From: Podarcis cretensis
Taxonomy: Eukaryota
Reading direction: 5' to 3'
DNA: 64,000 nt
Assembly (NCBI GenBank): GCA_951804945.1
Contig: OX638164.1
Span: 7,564,001 to 7,628,000 of the forward strand
Below the pieces are notes generated by a model that worked only from the letters and a program-made list of their open reading frames with translations, made no database searches and had not been told where the DNA came from. Positions 46,301 through 59,437 of the stretch are shown in pieces. A program made the translations under genes and the position numbers. The stretch's first letter is position 1. Every line of letters begins with the position of its first letter.

Positions 46301-48845
46301 ACTTCATAAAAATATGCTAATGTCAATTAGTATGCATGATGGATTTCCCCCCACTTTTTAAAGGTTTTTGATCTTGTTCATGTGTTGAAAATGTCCTGCT
46401 TTGAAGCAAGGTGGAGGTTTTAAGCCTGAGTAACTTTTGCCTACACACCGGTGTCTGAGCTTATGTATATGTTAAAGCAGATTTTATAGCTGCCTAGGAA
46501 GTACACGTTGCATGTTTAATACATATTGGGGGAAAGATAACCCATCTAATAATGCAACCAAGGTATGACTCACTTATGCTAATTGGTTGCTCTGACATCA
46601 AGGCTTCAGTGCAAAAAAACTTTGCTTCTGGCAATGAAAGTTCACAATGCCAATCCTTCCACCCTGGGTCTTGAAACTGTTTTGTTTTCTATCACAGAAA
46701 TCACAGTAATAGAAAGAAAATCATAAGCTGTTGATTTGAATCCCAGGCTAAATAAAAACTACACTGCAAGTGAATGAAAATGACTTAACAAAAGATAGTC
46801 AAATGCTCATGCCCTCATTTACCATTTAGCCTCTGATCCTTTTTTAGAAGGCCTTAATGCAAGAGATCATTAGGAATCACAGAAACCATTGCTTTTGGCA
46901 GAAAAGGGACATTGATTTAGCAGTTTCAGCAACTCTTAGCAAGGTGAGATACCCAGGTCTTAAAGTACATATCCTTGTTCAAATTACTTTTATAGCAGAA
47001 AGCTTTATGAGTATATAGAGTTCAGCCATCTTAACAGTTAACGTAGGTTTTGTGTTAAAAGAATGGACCTAGTCTCCCTCAGACTTTCATGTTCCCCCTT
47101 GCCTGGTGGGGCTGCAAAGAAGAGTTTGGAAGCTTCTACTTCAATTTCAGATAAACCACAGTTTAGTCTATTATCCGAACCCTAAATCTTACTGGTGATT
47201 AGTGAAAGCATGGCAGCCTCTTTTAACTATGGTTTGAAATTAGACTGTTTCTATTAACCATAGTAAAATAATTCAGTTTTTCAAGATGTAGACAAAATGG
47301 CAAGTTGCTGGTAATAAAAGAGGGCCTAAATGTCTTCTCATGGTTGCATGGGGGTTGGGGAGAAGAGTGTGCAAGTCCAGAGAGAAGCTAAGCTTGTTCT
47401 AATGATGCTAAACCATAGTTTCTTGCTGGGTCCACACAAACCCAAAAGCTTTAAAAGGCTCTTATTAAAATGTGGTTTCTTGAATCTTGTTTGAAGGATT
47501 TGTGTTCCATTTTGAACTGATATGTTTGTGCCTTGATAATGTGATTTAGGTTAGGTGCCTTGGGCCAAATCTTTCCCTTCCATTATTTTTTATTGGTACC
47601 TCAGTTACCAACAGAGGTAAAGGGAAGGGCATGGAAGCAGATGTAGGAGCTGTGCTAATCACTAACAGGCTACTTTGATAGAGGTGGCTATGGCCCTGGC
47701 CCCCTGCTGAGAACTGCTTGCAGGCTGCCATCGTAGATAATGTGTGCAGTGTATTAAAATATGTAAAAACTTTGTATGAAGATAATTGGGCTCCGAATGC
47801 TTACTGTCTTCAGTTTTTTTGTGTAGAGCCTACAGGGAAATAAACATATAGTAAAAGAGTTAAAGCTTGTCTGAGTTGGGTTTCCAGTGGTTGCATCCTT
47901 GGCTGCAATTGTTTTACAGGATCATTATGATATTTTAGTTGAAATCTTGATGAAAAGTGGAACCTTGTGTTGGGTTCACGCTCTGGTCATCCAGCCTCCA
48001 ATCCCTGCTATATTAAAGATGCCTGTGAGCATCTGGGGCAAAAAAGGTTCTGTGCAATTCATACAAAATTGGGCACTCACATTACCTAGCCTTGGAAAGT
48101 ACCCCCCCCCCCCCCCGCCAAAGAACAACACAGTGCCATTTATCTTCAGTGAGCAATCATTTCAAAGGTCTCAATAAACTCTCAGATGCTGCATCTGACA
48201 GACGAACTTGCACAGGCTTTTTTCTTTTTTTCTTTTGGAGGGATGTGCTACTGATCGTGAATTAGTAATTAGTGACTTGCATGTTCTGTTTTATGCTTTG
48301 CTCATTTTATTGTATTGTTGTGGGTGGCTTTTATTGAATTTTGGGGTTGTAATATTTTAATTTGGTTTTTAATTCTATGTCGGCTACAGAAGTACATTTC
48401 CTAGGTAAATAAGTGAAATAAATAAATGTTAAAAACAAACCTGACAGCAACAGCTAACTTCATAATAATGGGAGGCTGGACTCTCCTAAACCCATCTTTT
48501 CAGCTTGGAATATAGTGGAGGACTCTGTAAGGACAGAAATGTCTCCTCTTCCAGCCTTGCTGAAAGTGGCCACAGGTGCTATCTAATTTCCAAACCATGT
48601 GCAGATGGAGTAGAGAATGGCAGAAAGGTGAACAGGGAAGCTGAAATATTTGGGAACTTCTCTTGTCACTTCCTGTACTCTGTGCCTGGTGGGATACTTA
48701 TAATGGCTTGTGGACATGATGAAAAACCATGTTGTGGGTGACCCGCTGGCTGTTCCTTGTATATGAGGTGGGTTAACTGGTTTAAGTCAGACTATCTCAA
48801 GTGAAAATATATGGTTGAAATTGTGCAACTCATGAGAGGGTTCAT

Positions 48846-49224
48846 GGGACGCAGGTGGCGCTGTGGGTTAAAGCCTCAGCACCTAGGACTTGCCGATCGA
48901 AAGGTCGGCAGTTCGAATCCCTGCGGCGGGGTGCGCTCCCGCTGCTCGGTCCCAGCGCCTGCCAACCTAGCAGTTCGAAAGCACCTCCGGGTGCAAGTAG
49001 ATAAATAGGGACCGCTTACCAGCGGGAAGGTAAACGGCGTTTCCGTGTGCGGCTCTGGCTCTGGCTCTGGCTCTGGCCAGAGCAGCGATGTCACGCTGGC
49101 CACGTGACCCGGAAGTGTCTCCGGACAGCGCTGGCCCCTGGCCTCTTAAGTGAGATGGGCGCACAACCCCAGAGTCTGGCAAGACTGGCCCGTACGGGCA
49201 GGGGTACCTTTACCTTTACCTTTA
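48846..49224 (+). mobile_element. Sauria SINE, young, in VEZF1 intron 1
   Basis: Full head and tail; TSD CATGAGAGGGTT. Confidence 0.92.
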
Positions 49225-51577
49225 CATGAGAGGGTTGCATGTTGTTTAGACTTTGTTTTCCTCTGAAATAAGCTATCCAGGTGTTTCAGAACCAGCCTAT
49301 GCTATCCAGAGAGCCCAGTTCTCACAAGGCTCATGCAGGCCTCTAGTGTGAGCATAACATGGCCTGGATTTACTCACTCAGCATGCCTTGTAAGTCTCCT
49401 TAAGCTATTTCTAATAGCAAAAGTTTGTGAAAGGCTTTGTTTTTCACTTTAGTACTTGATGGAGTGCCTCTAGACATGAACTGCAGAGGGAACTGTGGAG
49501 GTTCTTTCAAAACATGGTTGTTTAACTCAGCTTCAATAAGGTCTGTCTTCAAATGAAGAACCATTTCAACGCTGGATTCTGATTCAGACTAAAAATGTAT
49601 GACTAATTTTGGTTAATCCCAACTATCGAAAAGCAAATGACAGTGTAGCTCATACAGCGTGAAAGGAAACAAGCCTCAATTTTTTTCTTACCTCTATAGA
49701 CAAAATTTAAATAAACTGTACTGGTAACAATTAATTTGCCCAGTTGAAGAGAACCTATAGGGTCTGATTCCAGTAGGAGCATGAGTACAGGCAAACTGTT
49801 CATTCCTGGGAAATGACATAGTGTGTACAGTTGTCTTTCTCTGCAGTCATTCAGGGTCAACTTGTACTCTGGCAAGTTTTAAGAAGTCTCTGCTTGAATT
49901 CTCCCCAGTCCTATACAGTGAGACCCATTTATGGTTTTAAAATACTTTTCTTTGAAAGCAAGCTTAGTACAACTTAGATTTGTTAAGGTTGCCAAATCTT
50001 ACATAGTACCCCTAGATAACACTCGAGTATGGCTGGAATCCACCCCACGCCCCTTCTTAAGCAGAGTCATGGAATACTTGGGCAACTGTGTACATGGGAT
50101 CTCTTTTGTCTTCATGCTGGGCAAGTGAGTTTCAAAACTGGGATACAGCTAGCACCTATTCTCACATCTCCCTTGGTTTATTATTCTGTCTGATACAGAG
50201 CACTGTCAAAGGCTCTCATTACCGTAAATGCCAAGAAACAGGGCCATGCATACATTCCTTAAGCACAGGTTAGCATGCGTTTGAAAAGTTGCTCACCTGA
50301 GAATATTTCTCTTGTGAGCTCTTTTTAACATTGCAAAGTGAGAAATCCAACCAAATGTCATGTCCTCTCCTACCTTTGCTCCCTCTATAGAAGTGTGGTT
50401 CAGCTAGAACCATTCCCTTTGTCCTTGAGCCCAGCTTGTTTGTGCTCTCCATGGCATCCAGGTGATATGGCTTGCAGGCCATAGCCCCATTATGGATTTA
50501 GAAGTGAAACCTCTTGGGTTGTCACCAGATCCTTGATATTTGCCGATCTAAAATCTATTCCCCAAGGAGCTGCTGACAGAATAAGAAGTACATCTCTTAT
50601 TTTCACCTGTCTTCAGCCTGGAATGCCTTAGTCATTGTGTTACTAAATATATACATGTCAGAAGGTGTGAGTTCCCAGTACATGCTCCTTGTGTTTAGTT
50701 CCAGCATGGACAAGTTATTACAAGTACAACTGACTTGGTTGTACTGTCTGTCTGGCGGGCTCATGGTTGGCTTTCAGAAGCAGCCTTCCTGTCAGTGGAC
50801 TGGTGTCGACAGTTGTGTTATCCCCCATGTAATGTATCCACAATCTAATAGAGCAGACTGGGCATTATAATTGTATTTGTAACTTGTAGTTAACCAAATA
50901 GGCTGTCATTAAGATAGGGATCATGTAATATGTTGAGCAGCATGGCATACACCCAGTCATTAGCTGCAAGAATTGCTCCCCTCAGGAATTAAAAAAATGG
51001 TTTGCTGAAACATGCACCTTACTATATCCGCCTGATGAACGCCTGTATTTAGAAAGCAAGTGGCTTATCTTCCTTTTGGGGAAATTACTGTGGGTGGGAT
51101 TATATAACTCTAATGTCCATTTACCTCAGTTCTTATGTTGAGGATTTGCTCCTGTGTTTATAGTGGGAGAGAATGGCATAGTAAAAAGGTGGAAACTTCA
51201 GTGGTTTTACAGGTGACATTGCTATTTAAGTTGGCCAGCAATTTACTTTAAAAACACACTCCTGGTGTGTCATTTGTTGGCAACAACAAATTATTTCCTT
51301 CACCCATTATATGGCTGAAATGAAGAAAGCTAGGAGTAGGGGAGGGGATCTTTTTGTGGAAGGACTGAAAGCTCTGCCAGTTGTACTGTATTAAAAACAA
51401 GTTATTGGGTTTAGAGTGTTTTAATTCTAAGTGTGTCATTTGTTCTGGTTGGAGGATTTGGGGTTTTAGTAAAAAAGAAAAGAAAAAGGCGATCCTGCAT
51501 GTCTTAAGTCTGCCTACCTATATTCTAGGAGTATGCTTGGTTCAAGCAGGTTTAGTGATGAAGTCGAATAGTCAATA

Positions 51578-51803
51578 CAGTGGTACCTTGGGTTACAAAC
51601 ACTTTGGGTTATAGGCTCTGCTAACCCGGAAGTAGTACCTCGGGTTAAGAACTTTACCTCAGAGTGAGAACAGAAATCGTGCAGTGGCTGCACAGCTGCA
51701 GTGGGAGGCCCCATTAGCTAAAGTGGTACCTCAGGTTAAGATTGGTTTCAGGTTAAGAACAGACCTCCAGAACGAATTAAGTACGTAACCAGAGGTACCA
51801 CTG
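51578..51803. mobile_element. Tigger-like MITE, family B
   Basis: CAGTGGTACCT...AGGTACCACTG ends. Confidence 0.8.
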
Positions 51804-52596
51804 GAGTGATAATAAACGTAAGGCATAACCTCATGGTCCAAGTATTTGTTCCTCCAGCCCAGTGCAGCCTGCTCTAACGGGCAGCTGCTCTCCAGAAATT
51901 CAGGCAGACATCTTTCCCATCACAAGTTGCCTGAGATCTTACTTGGCAATGCTAAAAATTGAACTAGATACCCTCTGCAGTGCAAAGCTTGTGGTCTGCA
52001 ACTCTTTCTCTTTTCTGGGTTCCTTGGAAATTTCTTGGAATCTTCTGCAACCCATAGCCATTCCTTAGCACTTAAGTCAAAATGGGAAAAGTCCACTGAA
52101 GAGAAAAAGTTTGAAAACCCTGTTGTTGTTTGTTTGTTTGTTTGTTGGTTGGTTGTTGGTTATATCACTTTTCATCACAAAAGAGTAACCCAAAGCAATT
52201 TACAAAAACTGTGGCAGTCTGAGTGGGCAGTCTACGTGAGACTCTCTGGGTCAGACCAATTATATGCAAATCTGTTCTCCTAATCTCAGTGGAACTTATT
52301 TTCAGTAAGTATTTGAGAACAGTGACCTAAAAAAAATGTTTTAACTGCAATTTTCAATCCTTACTGCCTATTTTCTATTATTTAGGATGACTTGCTCTTT
52401 TAAAAAAGTTCAATTCATCAACAGTCAGTCTGCATAAATATACTTCCCAATAATCAGCAATAAGAGAAACTGTTTTATTAATATTTTGAAACAGTTCAAG
52501 ACGCGTCACAAAATAAAATGGGTTGTGTTGTGAATTTTACTGCTGCTGAGTTGCATTGAGCTTGCCTTCTGCTTTAACTTTATTTCCAGCCTGAAG

Positions 52597-53400
52597 GATA
52601 CTGCAGGTCCTAAATGCTGTAGTCAGTGCATTGGTAACCTCGATGCTGGATAACTGTAACACACACTGTGTAGGGTCTGCCCTTGGGCCTGGTTCAGAAG
52701 CTTCAGCTGGTGCAGAATGCTATGACTACATTGCTGATGGAGGCATCTGGCTGACAGCATGTTATGCCAAACCAGGTTCAATGTCTTTGTATTGATTTAC
52801 AAAGTTCTGAACAACTTAGGTCCAGGCTACTTTAGGGACCACCTGAACCCTTATATCCCAGCTCAGTCACTTCAGTCATCTGCTGGAGTGATAGAATCAT
52901 AGAATTGTAGAGTTGGAAGGGACCCCAAGGGTCATTAGTGCAACCGCCTGCAATGCAGGAATTTCAACTACAGCATCCATGACAGGTGGCCATTCAACCT
53001 CTGCTTAAAAACCTCCAATGAAGGAGAGTCCACAACCTCCTGAGGGAGTCTGTTCCACTGTAAAACAGCTCTTACTGTCAGAAAGATGTTCCTGATGTGT
53101 CACCAACTATGTTGGTGAGGTTCATTTGACAAGAAACAAAGCCTTTAGTGGCACCAGCCCAGTATTCTGGAATGCTCTGCCAAAAGAGATTCAGCAGGCT
53201 CCTTCAGTTTCAAACTTTAAATGCCTGCTGAAAACTTTCCTATTCCATCAGGCTTATGTAGGCAGTTACGAATACATCTTTCCACAATAGTTAGCTGATC
53301 TTGATTTTAACTTTTTGTATGCTTTTTATTGCATTGTTTTACATTCAGTTGTTTTAAACAGCTCTGATATACTTTTATGAATAAAGTAGAATATACCTGC
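52597..53400 (+). mobile_element. Old L2 3' fragment with an inserted reverse-oriented CR1 3' end (about 52891-53098)
   Basis: L2-type ...KLQLVQNA... and TTTAAATGCCTGCTGAAAAC; CR1 tail ATAGAATCATAGAAT. Confidence 0.7.
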
Positions 53401-53809
53401 TGGGAACAAAAGGATCAGTATTACTTTCCTTTCTCTTGGATAAGTTTGTCCCTTCAGGTGCTAGATGGACCAATACCCCACTTTCCAAGTAAGATTGGCT
53501 CCTACAATTAAAATCCATACAAAATCCACCCCCAGTTGATAACATACAAAAAATGTGACTTTGGGCTGAGTAAGTACAGTTGTATTAAGTAACAGGTGAG
53601 GTGGACCAAACATTACTTGTTATTCCTGGCCTGTTAGCCAGTTGAGGATCAACATTCTGATCCCATTGGTGGCCGTGTGGGTGGCTTTCTTAATGGAGCA
53701 TGGATTGGGATTTTGATGTCTTGGGAGGTGTATTGGAAGACTTTGGAATTTTGACATTCCCAGCACTTTTGGCAAATGATCATTAATGAGATGAAAGCAC
53801 ACTACAGTA

Positions 53810-54059
53810 CAGTCATACGTTGGATCTTGAACACCTTGGCTCCCGAACAAATCGGCTCCTGAATGATTGAAACCCGGAAGTGAGTGTTCCGGTTTCTGAA
53901 CGATTTTCAGAAGCCAGATGTCCAGCGCGGCTTCTGTGGCTTTTGGTTGGCTGCAGGAGCTTTCTTCAGCCAATCGGAAGCCACACTTTGATTTCCGAAT
54001 GTTTTGGAAGTCGAACAGACTTCTGGAATGGATTCTGTTCGACTTCCAAGGTACGACTG
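53810..54059. mobile_element. Tigger-like MITE, family A
   Basis: TA|CAGTCATACGTTGG...CCAAGGTACGACTG|TA. Confidence 0.78.
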
Positions 54060-55293
54060 TATATAGTATACAGCCCTCCTGGCCTTCCTCTCAGCTGCAG
54101 AGCACAAGGGAGTTAGTCAGAAGTGGAGCCCTGACTAGCTGTTTCTGTAGGCTCTCCTGCTCTATACATGTTCTGTGGTGGTTCATACTCTTAGCTTTCC
54201 CTCAAACCCGGAAGTTTGATACTGGTTGCTACTTAAAACGCATACAGTAAACAAAAGCAAATGCCTAAACCAGTACTTAAACTGCACTCTTCCATTTTTT
54301 AGCCTGAGGGTGGGGAACCTTTGGCCCATTTATAGGCAATTTTGACCAAGCCACACCTACTTGTCAATCACCTGTTTTGGTATTAAAAGCTCTATCAGCT
54401 GATCAGCAGAGCTTCAAAGTACTGCACAGCACTTTGAAATCCTGATTATCAGTAGATATCTGTGCATCACAGCACTGCAATGTCATTTGCAATGTCAGAT
54501 GATTGATAGATGAGCAGCCCCCACATGTCAAATTCAGCCCATGGGGGTGGGTTGGGGAGCTACGGATCCAGTTTCCCACTCCTGCACTAGCTATAGCAAG
54601 TTTCCAGTACTTCATATAAAGAAGTATAAAGAAGATTTTATGAACTGCCTTCACCTGCTTCCTAAAAATAGAAAATGACGAGTTTAGGTGGATCTCCTGG
54701 AGGAGGTAATTCTATAAAAGGTGTGCCACAAACTGCTGGCTGGCTGTACATGAGAACAAGATTCATTTGTTAAGACAGGTTTCTTGCTTACAGTGTCAAA
54801 AATTTGAAAGCAGATTGACTGACTGATGACTTGAAAATGAAACAACTTTAGTCAGGCCTGTGGTAAAACTTGGATGTCTTGTCCCTTCTGTTTGCTCAGT
54901 CTGTATAACTTGCATTCATTTCTTGTGTCAGGCTTCCTAACTCTTGCTAATGGGGGGGGGGGCGAGGAAATTAAAAACCTGAATTTTGGTGGTGGTAGTA
55001 TTAATTAGCAAGGTAAGATATGTACAGATTTGCTTTCAGCATTCTCTGTGTGCAGCTTGAATCCCTTTGTTGCCTTGTGTGTGCACAGTCCTAATGTTAA
55101 GTGCCATTTGAACATTAGGAGCTGGGGCCTCTCAAATCTGTTCCAGTGAAGGGCAGCTCTTGCCTTCCAAATTAAACCCTACCAGATTAGGTAATGCATG
55201 GAATTTACCATCTCAACAGGTTTCTGAGCAGTCTTCCCTTATCAAAGCTAAGTGGTGCGTTTGTAAGTTACAAATTAATATTTCTGTTTTTAG

Positions 55294-55991
55294 GCACACG
55301 AAGCATCACATCACCAACAGCAGGCAGCACAGAACAGTTTGCTGCCACTCCTGAGCTCTGCTGTTGAGCCCCCCGACCAGAAACCAATTTTACCATTACC
55401 AATAACACAGAAACCTCAGCCCCCACCGGAAACGCTAAAAGATACCATAGTCGGGATTAAAAAGGAGAAACCGAAAACCTCCTTTGTGTGCACATACTGC
55501 AGCAAGGCCTTCAGGGACAGCTACCATTTGAGGCGCCATGAATCCTGCCACACAGGGATAAAGTTAGTGTCACGGCCAAAGAAAGCTCCTGCAACGATGG
55601 TGCCCCTAATCTCGACCATCGCAGGTGACAACAACCGGTCAACGCTGGTTTCGACCATCGCAGGTATCCTCTCAACTGTCACTACGTCTTCCTCTGCCAC
55701 CAACCCAAGCAGCAGTGCTGGTGCCACGGCCATGCCGGTGACGCAGACGGCAAAGAAGCCCAGTAAGCCTGTCAAAAAGAACCACGCCTGTGAGATGTGT
55801 GGCAAGGCCTTCCGTGACGTCTACCACCTCAACAGGCACAAGCTGTCCCACTCAGATGAGAAGCCTTTTGAGTGCCCAATTTGCAATCAGCGTTTCAAAA
55901 GGAAGGACCGCATGACCTATCACGTGAGGTCTCATGAGGGTGGCATCACCAAACCCTACACCTGTGGTGTTTGTGGAAAAGGCTTTTCGAG
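55294..55991 (+). CDS. VEZF1: VEZF1 coding exon 2 (C2H2 fingers 1-3 and start of finger 4)
   Basis: Acceptor tttctgtttttag|GCA. Reads AHEASHHQQQAAQNSLLPLLSSAVEPPDQKP...CTYCSKAFRDSYHLRRHESCH...CEMCGKAFRDVYHLNRHKLSH...CPICNQRFKRKDRMTYHVRSH...CGVCGKGFS. Donor AG|GTACCA. Confidence 0.97.
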
Positions 55992-56662
55992 GTACCATGT
56001 AGAAAATCCCAGGCGAGCTCAAGTATTGGATTTTCATTCCGTGTTCGCGCGGGGGGTGGGGGTGGGAAGGGGCCGTAAGGAAAGTGAGTGTGGGAGGCGG
56101 GGTGGGGTGGGGGAGGGGACAGTGACCCTTCTTGGGTCTTAAAATCTGAATCTAAAGGCAATTTTGCAAGTGATAGGACATGCTGCCTGTGAATTTAAAA
56201 CAAAAATTATTTATGTTGGTCTGCATTGGACCTTGCATGAGCAGGCCGTGGATGGAGATCTTAAAACAACTCATTATATACAGACCAGGAAGAGTACCAA
56301 TCTAGCAATATTGGGGAAGCAGAGATTCTGTTCTATTTGGATGATCTCCAGTTCTAATAGCTAGTAGATCTTTCTCTTAAAAAGAGAATTATACCAATGG
56401 GGTATACCCCATTTATACCATTGCGCGGGGGGGGGGGATTATTTTTTTTCTAGGCAGACCTGCAAATAATCACAGGCAAGCCATGTGACCTCTTTGAGGA
56501 ATGCACTTAGAATGCTGCTTATAGGGAAGTATGGATTTGAAAGATTTGGGTGGTTGGTTAATCGTTTATTGTGGAGGATGTTGGGTTTTATAAATGACCT
56601 ACACTGTGTTATGTGTAACAATGTGTTCTCTTTGTGTCTCTACTTTTTTCTTCCTTATACAG

Positions 56663-56726
56663 GCCTGATCACTTAAGTTGTCATGTTAAACACGTTCATT
56701 CCACAGAGAGGCCCTTCAAATGCCAA
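56663..56726 (+). CDS. VEZF1: VEZF1 coding exon 3
   Basis: Acceptor ttccttatacag|G. Reads (R)PDHLSCHVKHVHSTERPFKCQ. Donor CAA|GTAAGG; 64 nt. Confidence 0.96.
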
Positions 56727-57626
56727 GTAAGGGGTTTGGTGATCTACAGTGCTAAATTTATTTGCTGTCTGCTAAACTGCTTCACACAAGAGTCTGGATT
56801 TGGATGTCATAGGGGCTCTTTGAATTGGAAATAATGGGGCGTGAGAACCAGATTGGGTCGCATTATGGATCCTTGGAATCTCACCTTTAGGTTGCATCAG
56901 TAGGGCTTCACCTTGCTTTAGAGCACTCTTTCAGCTTATCTCCATGAGGCGACTTTGGCTAAGTGCTGAAATGGCCCAGAAGTCTTTTTACAGCGTAGGT
57001 GAAAAAGCACAAGGGAGAGAGAAGCTCCCGCTTCTGGTAGCAGCTTCCTTGATCTTGGGCTGACTTTGGTAGCCAGCCCAAAGTGGTTGGGTCATGTCTG
57101 TGCCATTATGCTAAGCTTGGCATGTCACAGAAGAGCATGTAAGTTCAAGGTGAATCTCTTCCCCTTTCCCAGCTTCAGAGCACCAAAGCAGGGACACTTA
57201 ACTGTCATAAGAGAAAGTGAAAGAACTATAGCTCAGCAGTGAAGCATCTTCCTTAAATTCAGAAATTCCCAAATTCAATCTCTGGCGTTTCCAGGTATGA
57301 CAGATGAATCAATGCTTTCTCTTAGTAGAAGGCAGCTTCCCATGTTCCTAATCTGTGGACCATTGTTAGGTGTGTTAGGTCCATAGACTGTCTTCATGGG
57401 CCCCAACCATTCCAGTGTCTATACGAGGTGTATATGGGTGTGAGCGCATTTTAATACTGTCATTGTAAGCTGCTTAGATAACGCTTGTTCTTCAACATGA
57501 ATGCATGTACATGAATGCATTTAATGAGTGAATAAAATGTGTAGCTATGTTTACTTGGCTGAATGTACATGCTCCAAATGTTCTTGATAGAAGCATGAAT
57601 GTATTTTTGTCTCTGTATTTGAGCAG

Positions 57627-57747
57627 GACTGTACACGTGGATTACCTGAGTGTCTTGTTTTGCTGTCTTAAACATGTTAACTTCACTGTTTCCTTCAGTG
57701 GAATGGAAAATGTCCTCCATCCTGAGACCATATCTAGTCTTAGTTCA
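57627..57747 (+). other. Candidate VEZF1 poison cassette exon in intron 3
   Basis: Two acceptors (gagcag|57627 and ttccttcag|57699) share the donor TTCA|GTAAGC. Both versions give in-frame stops after exon 3. Confidence 0.45.
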
Positions 57748-59144
57748 GTAAGCACATTCTAAGGCATTTTCAGCAAATATTGCCAGTTCTAGCCTCAGTA
57801 TTGAAAACAATTTCTTGTGACAAAAGTTAGCTAGGAACCAAAGTCAGACTTGCAAATATCTGTTTGCAAATAGGAATCTCCTTCAGCTGACTGCATAATT
57901 AAGCTTTTGTAAACTGAAGGAATAGTTGTGTTCTTTTTTCCCACTTGCAACTTGTTACTGTGCCATAAATGACAACCTGCATGCATATGTAGGCAGACTA
58001 GCAATTCTTTTTGTATTGGCTAATAACTTGTCAACTAGTTTACAAGGTTGAGCTTAAAGGCAAGCAAAATGGCTAAGTTGATTGAACAGTTGGCTGTTCT
58101 TCTATCTTGCTTCATCTGTGCAAGACTGAGCTTGTTCTCCATGACTCAGCTATGGCCAGCTAGTGCTTTGAATTAAAAGGAATGACTCTTCATGCTTTGT
58201 GCTTAGTTTTTGTCTTGATTTTTATTTAACTAAATGTAGCTGAACAGTGGAAAAATCATAAGCAGGAGTGTTGGCAGAAAACAATACAAGAGACCACCTT
58301 TGTGTGTATTCCTAGCATTTATAAGCCCCATGGCAGTTTGGTATGCGAGACTGTCTTGCTATCAAAACACAAAAGTCCCACTTTTGTCCTCTTTAAGTAT
58401 TACTCAGCTCTATGACATGAGTGTGCTGTTCAGTGTTTGGATAATGGGTACATCAGTTAAGAGACGGTTGGAACCATAGTTGGTATCCAGTTCATAGAAT
58501 CCCAGAATGTATTTAGATTGGTCTTTTATTGGCTGCATCTTCATACTGCCTTCATACTAACCAGCTGCAAAAGCGTACTTCGGTGGCTAAGCATGTTAGG
58601 CCTGGTAGATGTGCTAAAACTCCCAAACCACTTCATGGTTCACATAGTTGAGTGGCACTATACGCACACACAGATTCTTTCCAGAAAGAAGGAGAGGAAG
58701 GATTCTAGCCTATATGGCAAATAATTTGTATGCAGGAGGATTCAGTCATGATACTCTCCCCTGCTGTCTTCCCACTCTGGGCAGTCTAAAGCTGTACAGT
58801 CCAGATACAGGTTTACAATTTTACTTGTGTTTTAACAAATTAAGTTTTGCATCCCGTTTACACATACTCTGATCGATATGACTACTGGGGTGGGGTGGGG
58901 TGGGGAGCAGCCATACTGGTTGGGCTACAAATGAAAGGGGTCTTCCTTCACTGTGTATACTTACGAGGAGGAATACTGCTATGCTTTAATTGCACGTCAG
59001 AAGGGTTTGAACTAAATCTCAAATTTCAGTTCCTCCTTTGTGGGGTGTAAGGACTGATGGTGTATTTAAAATAAGAATATACCTAAAATTAGCATTCATT
59101 GGTGTAAGGGTACCTGCCCAAACCTTCTGTTTCCCTCCATGTAG

Positions 59145-59328
59145 ACTTGCACGGCTGCCTTTGCCACCAAAGACAGGCTGCGGACACACATGGTGCGCCA
59201 TGAAGGAAAGGTGTCATGTAACATCTGTGGTAAACTTCTGAGCGCGGCGTATATTACCAGCCACTTAAAGACTCATGGGCAAAGCCAAAGTATCAACTGT
59301 AATACCTGTAAACAAGGCATCAATAAAA
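59145..59328 (+). CDS. VEZF1: VEZF1 coding exon 4 (fingers 5-6)
   Basis: Acceptor ttccctccatgtag|ACT. Reads TCTAAFATKDRLRTHMVRHEGKVSCNICGKLLSAAYITSHLKTHGQSQSINCNTCKQGINK. Donor A|GTAAGT. Confidence 0.96.
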
Positions 59329-59437
59329 GTAAGTGGACACCCCCTTTTTTCAAAACAGTCTTTCAACGTACTCTTTAGCATCAGCTATATGTAGTGTATG
59401 TGTGGCATGTTTAAAATATAAAATACATGCTGTAGCT

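Noticed and set aside
55992-56142. C-terminal extension of ORF 55339..56142
   Set aside because: Intron read-through past the exon 2 donor; the finger is completed by exon 3.
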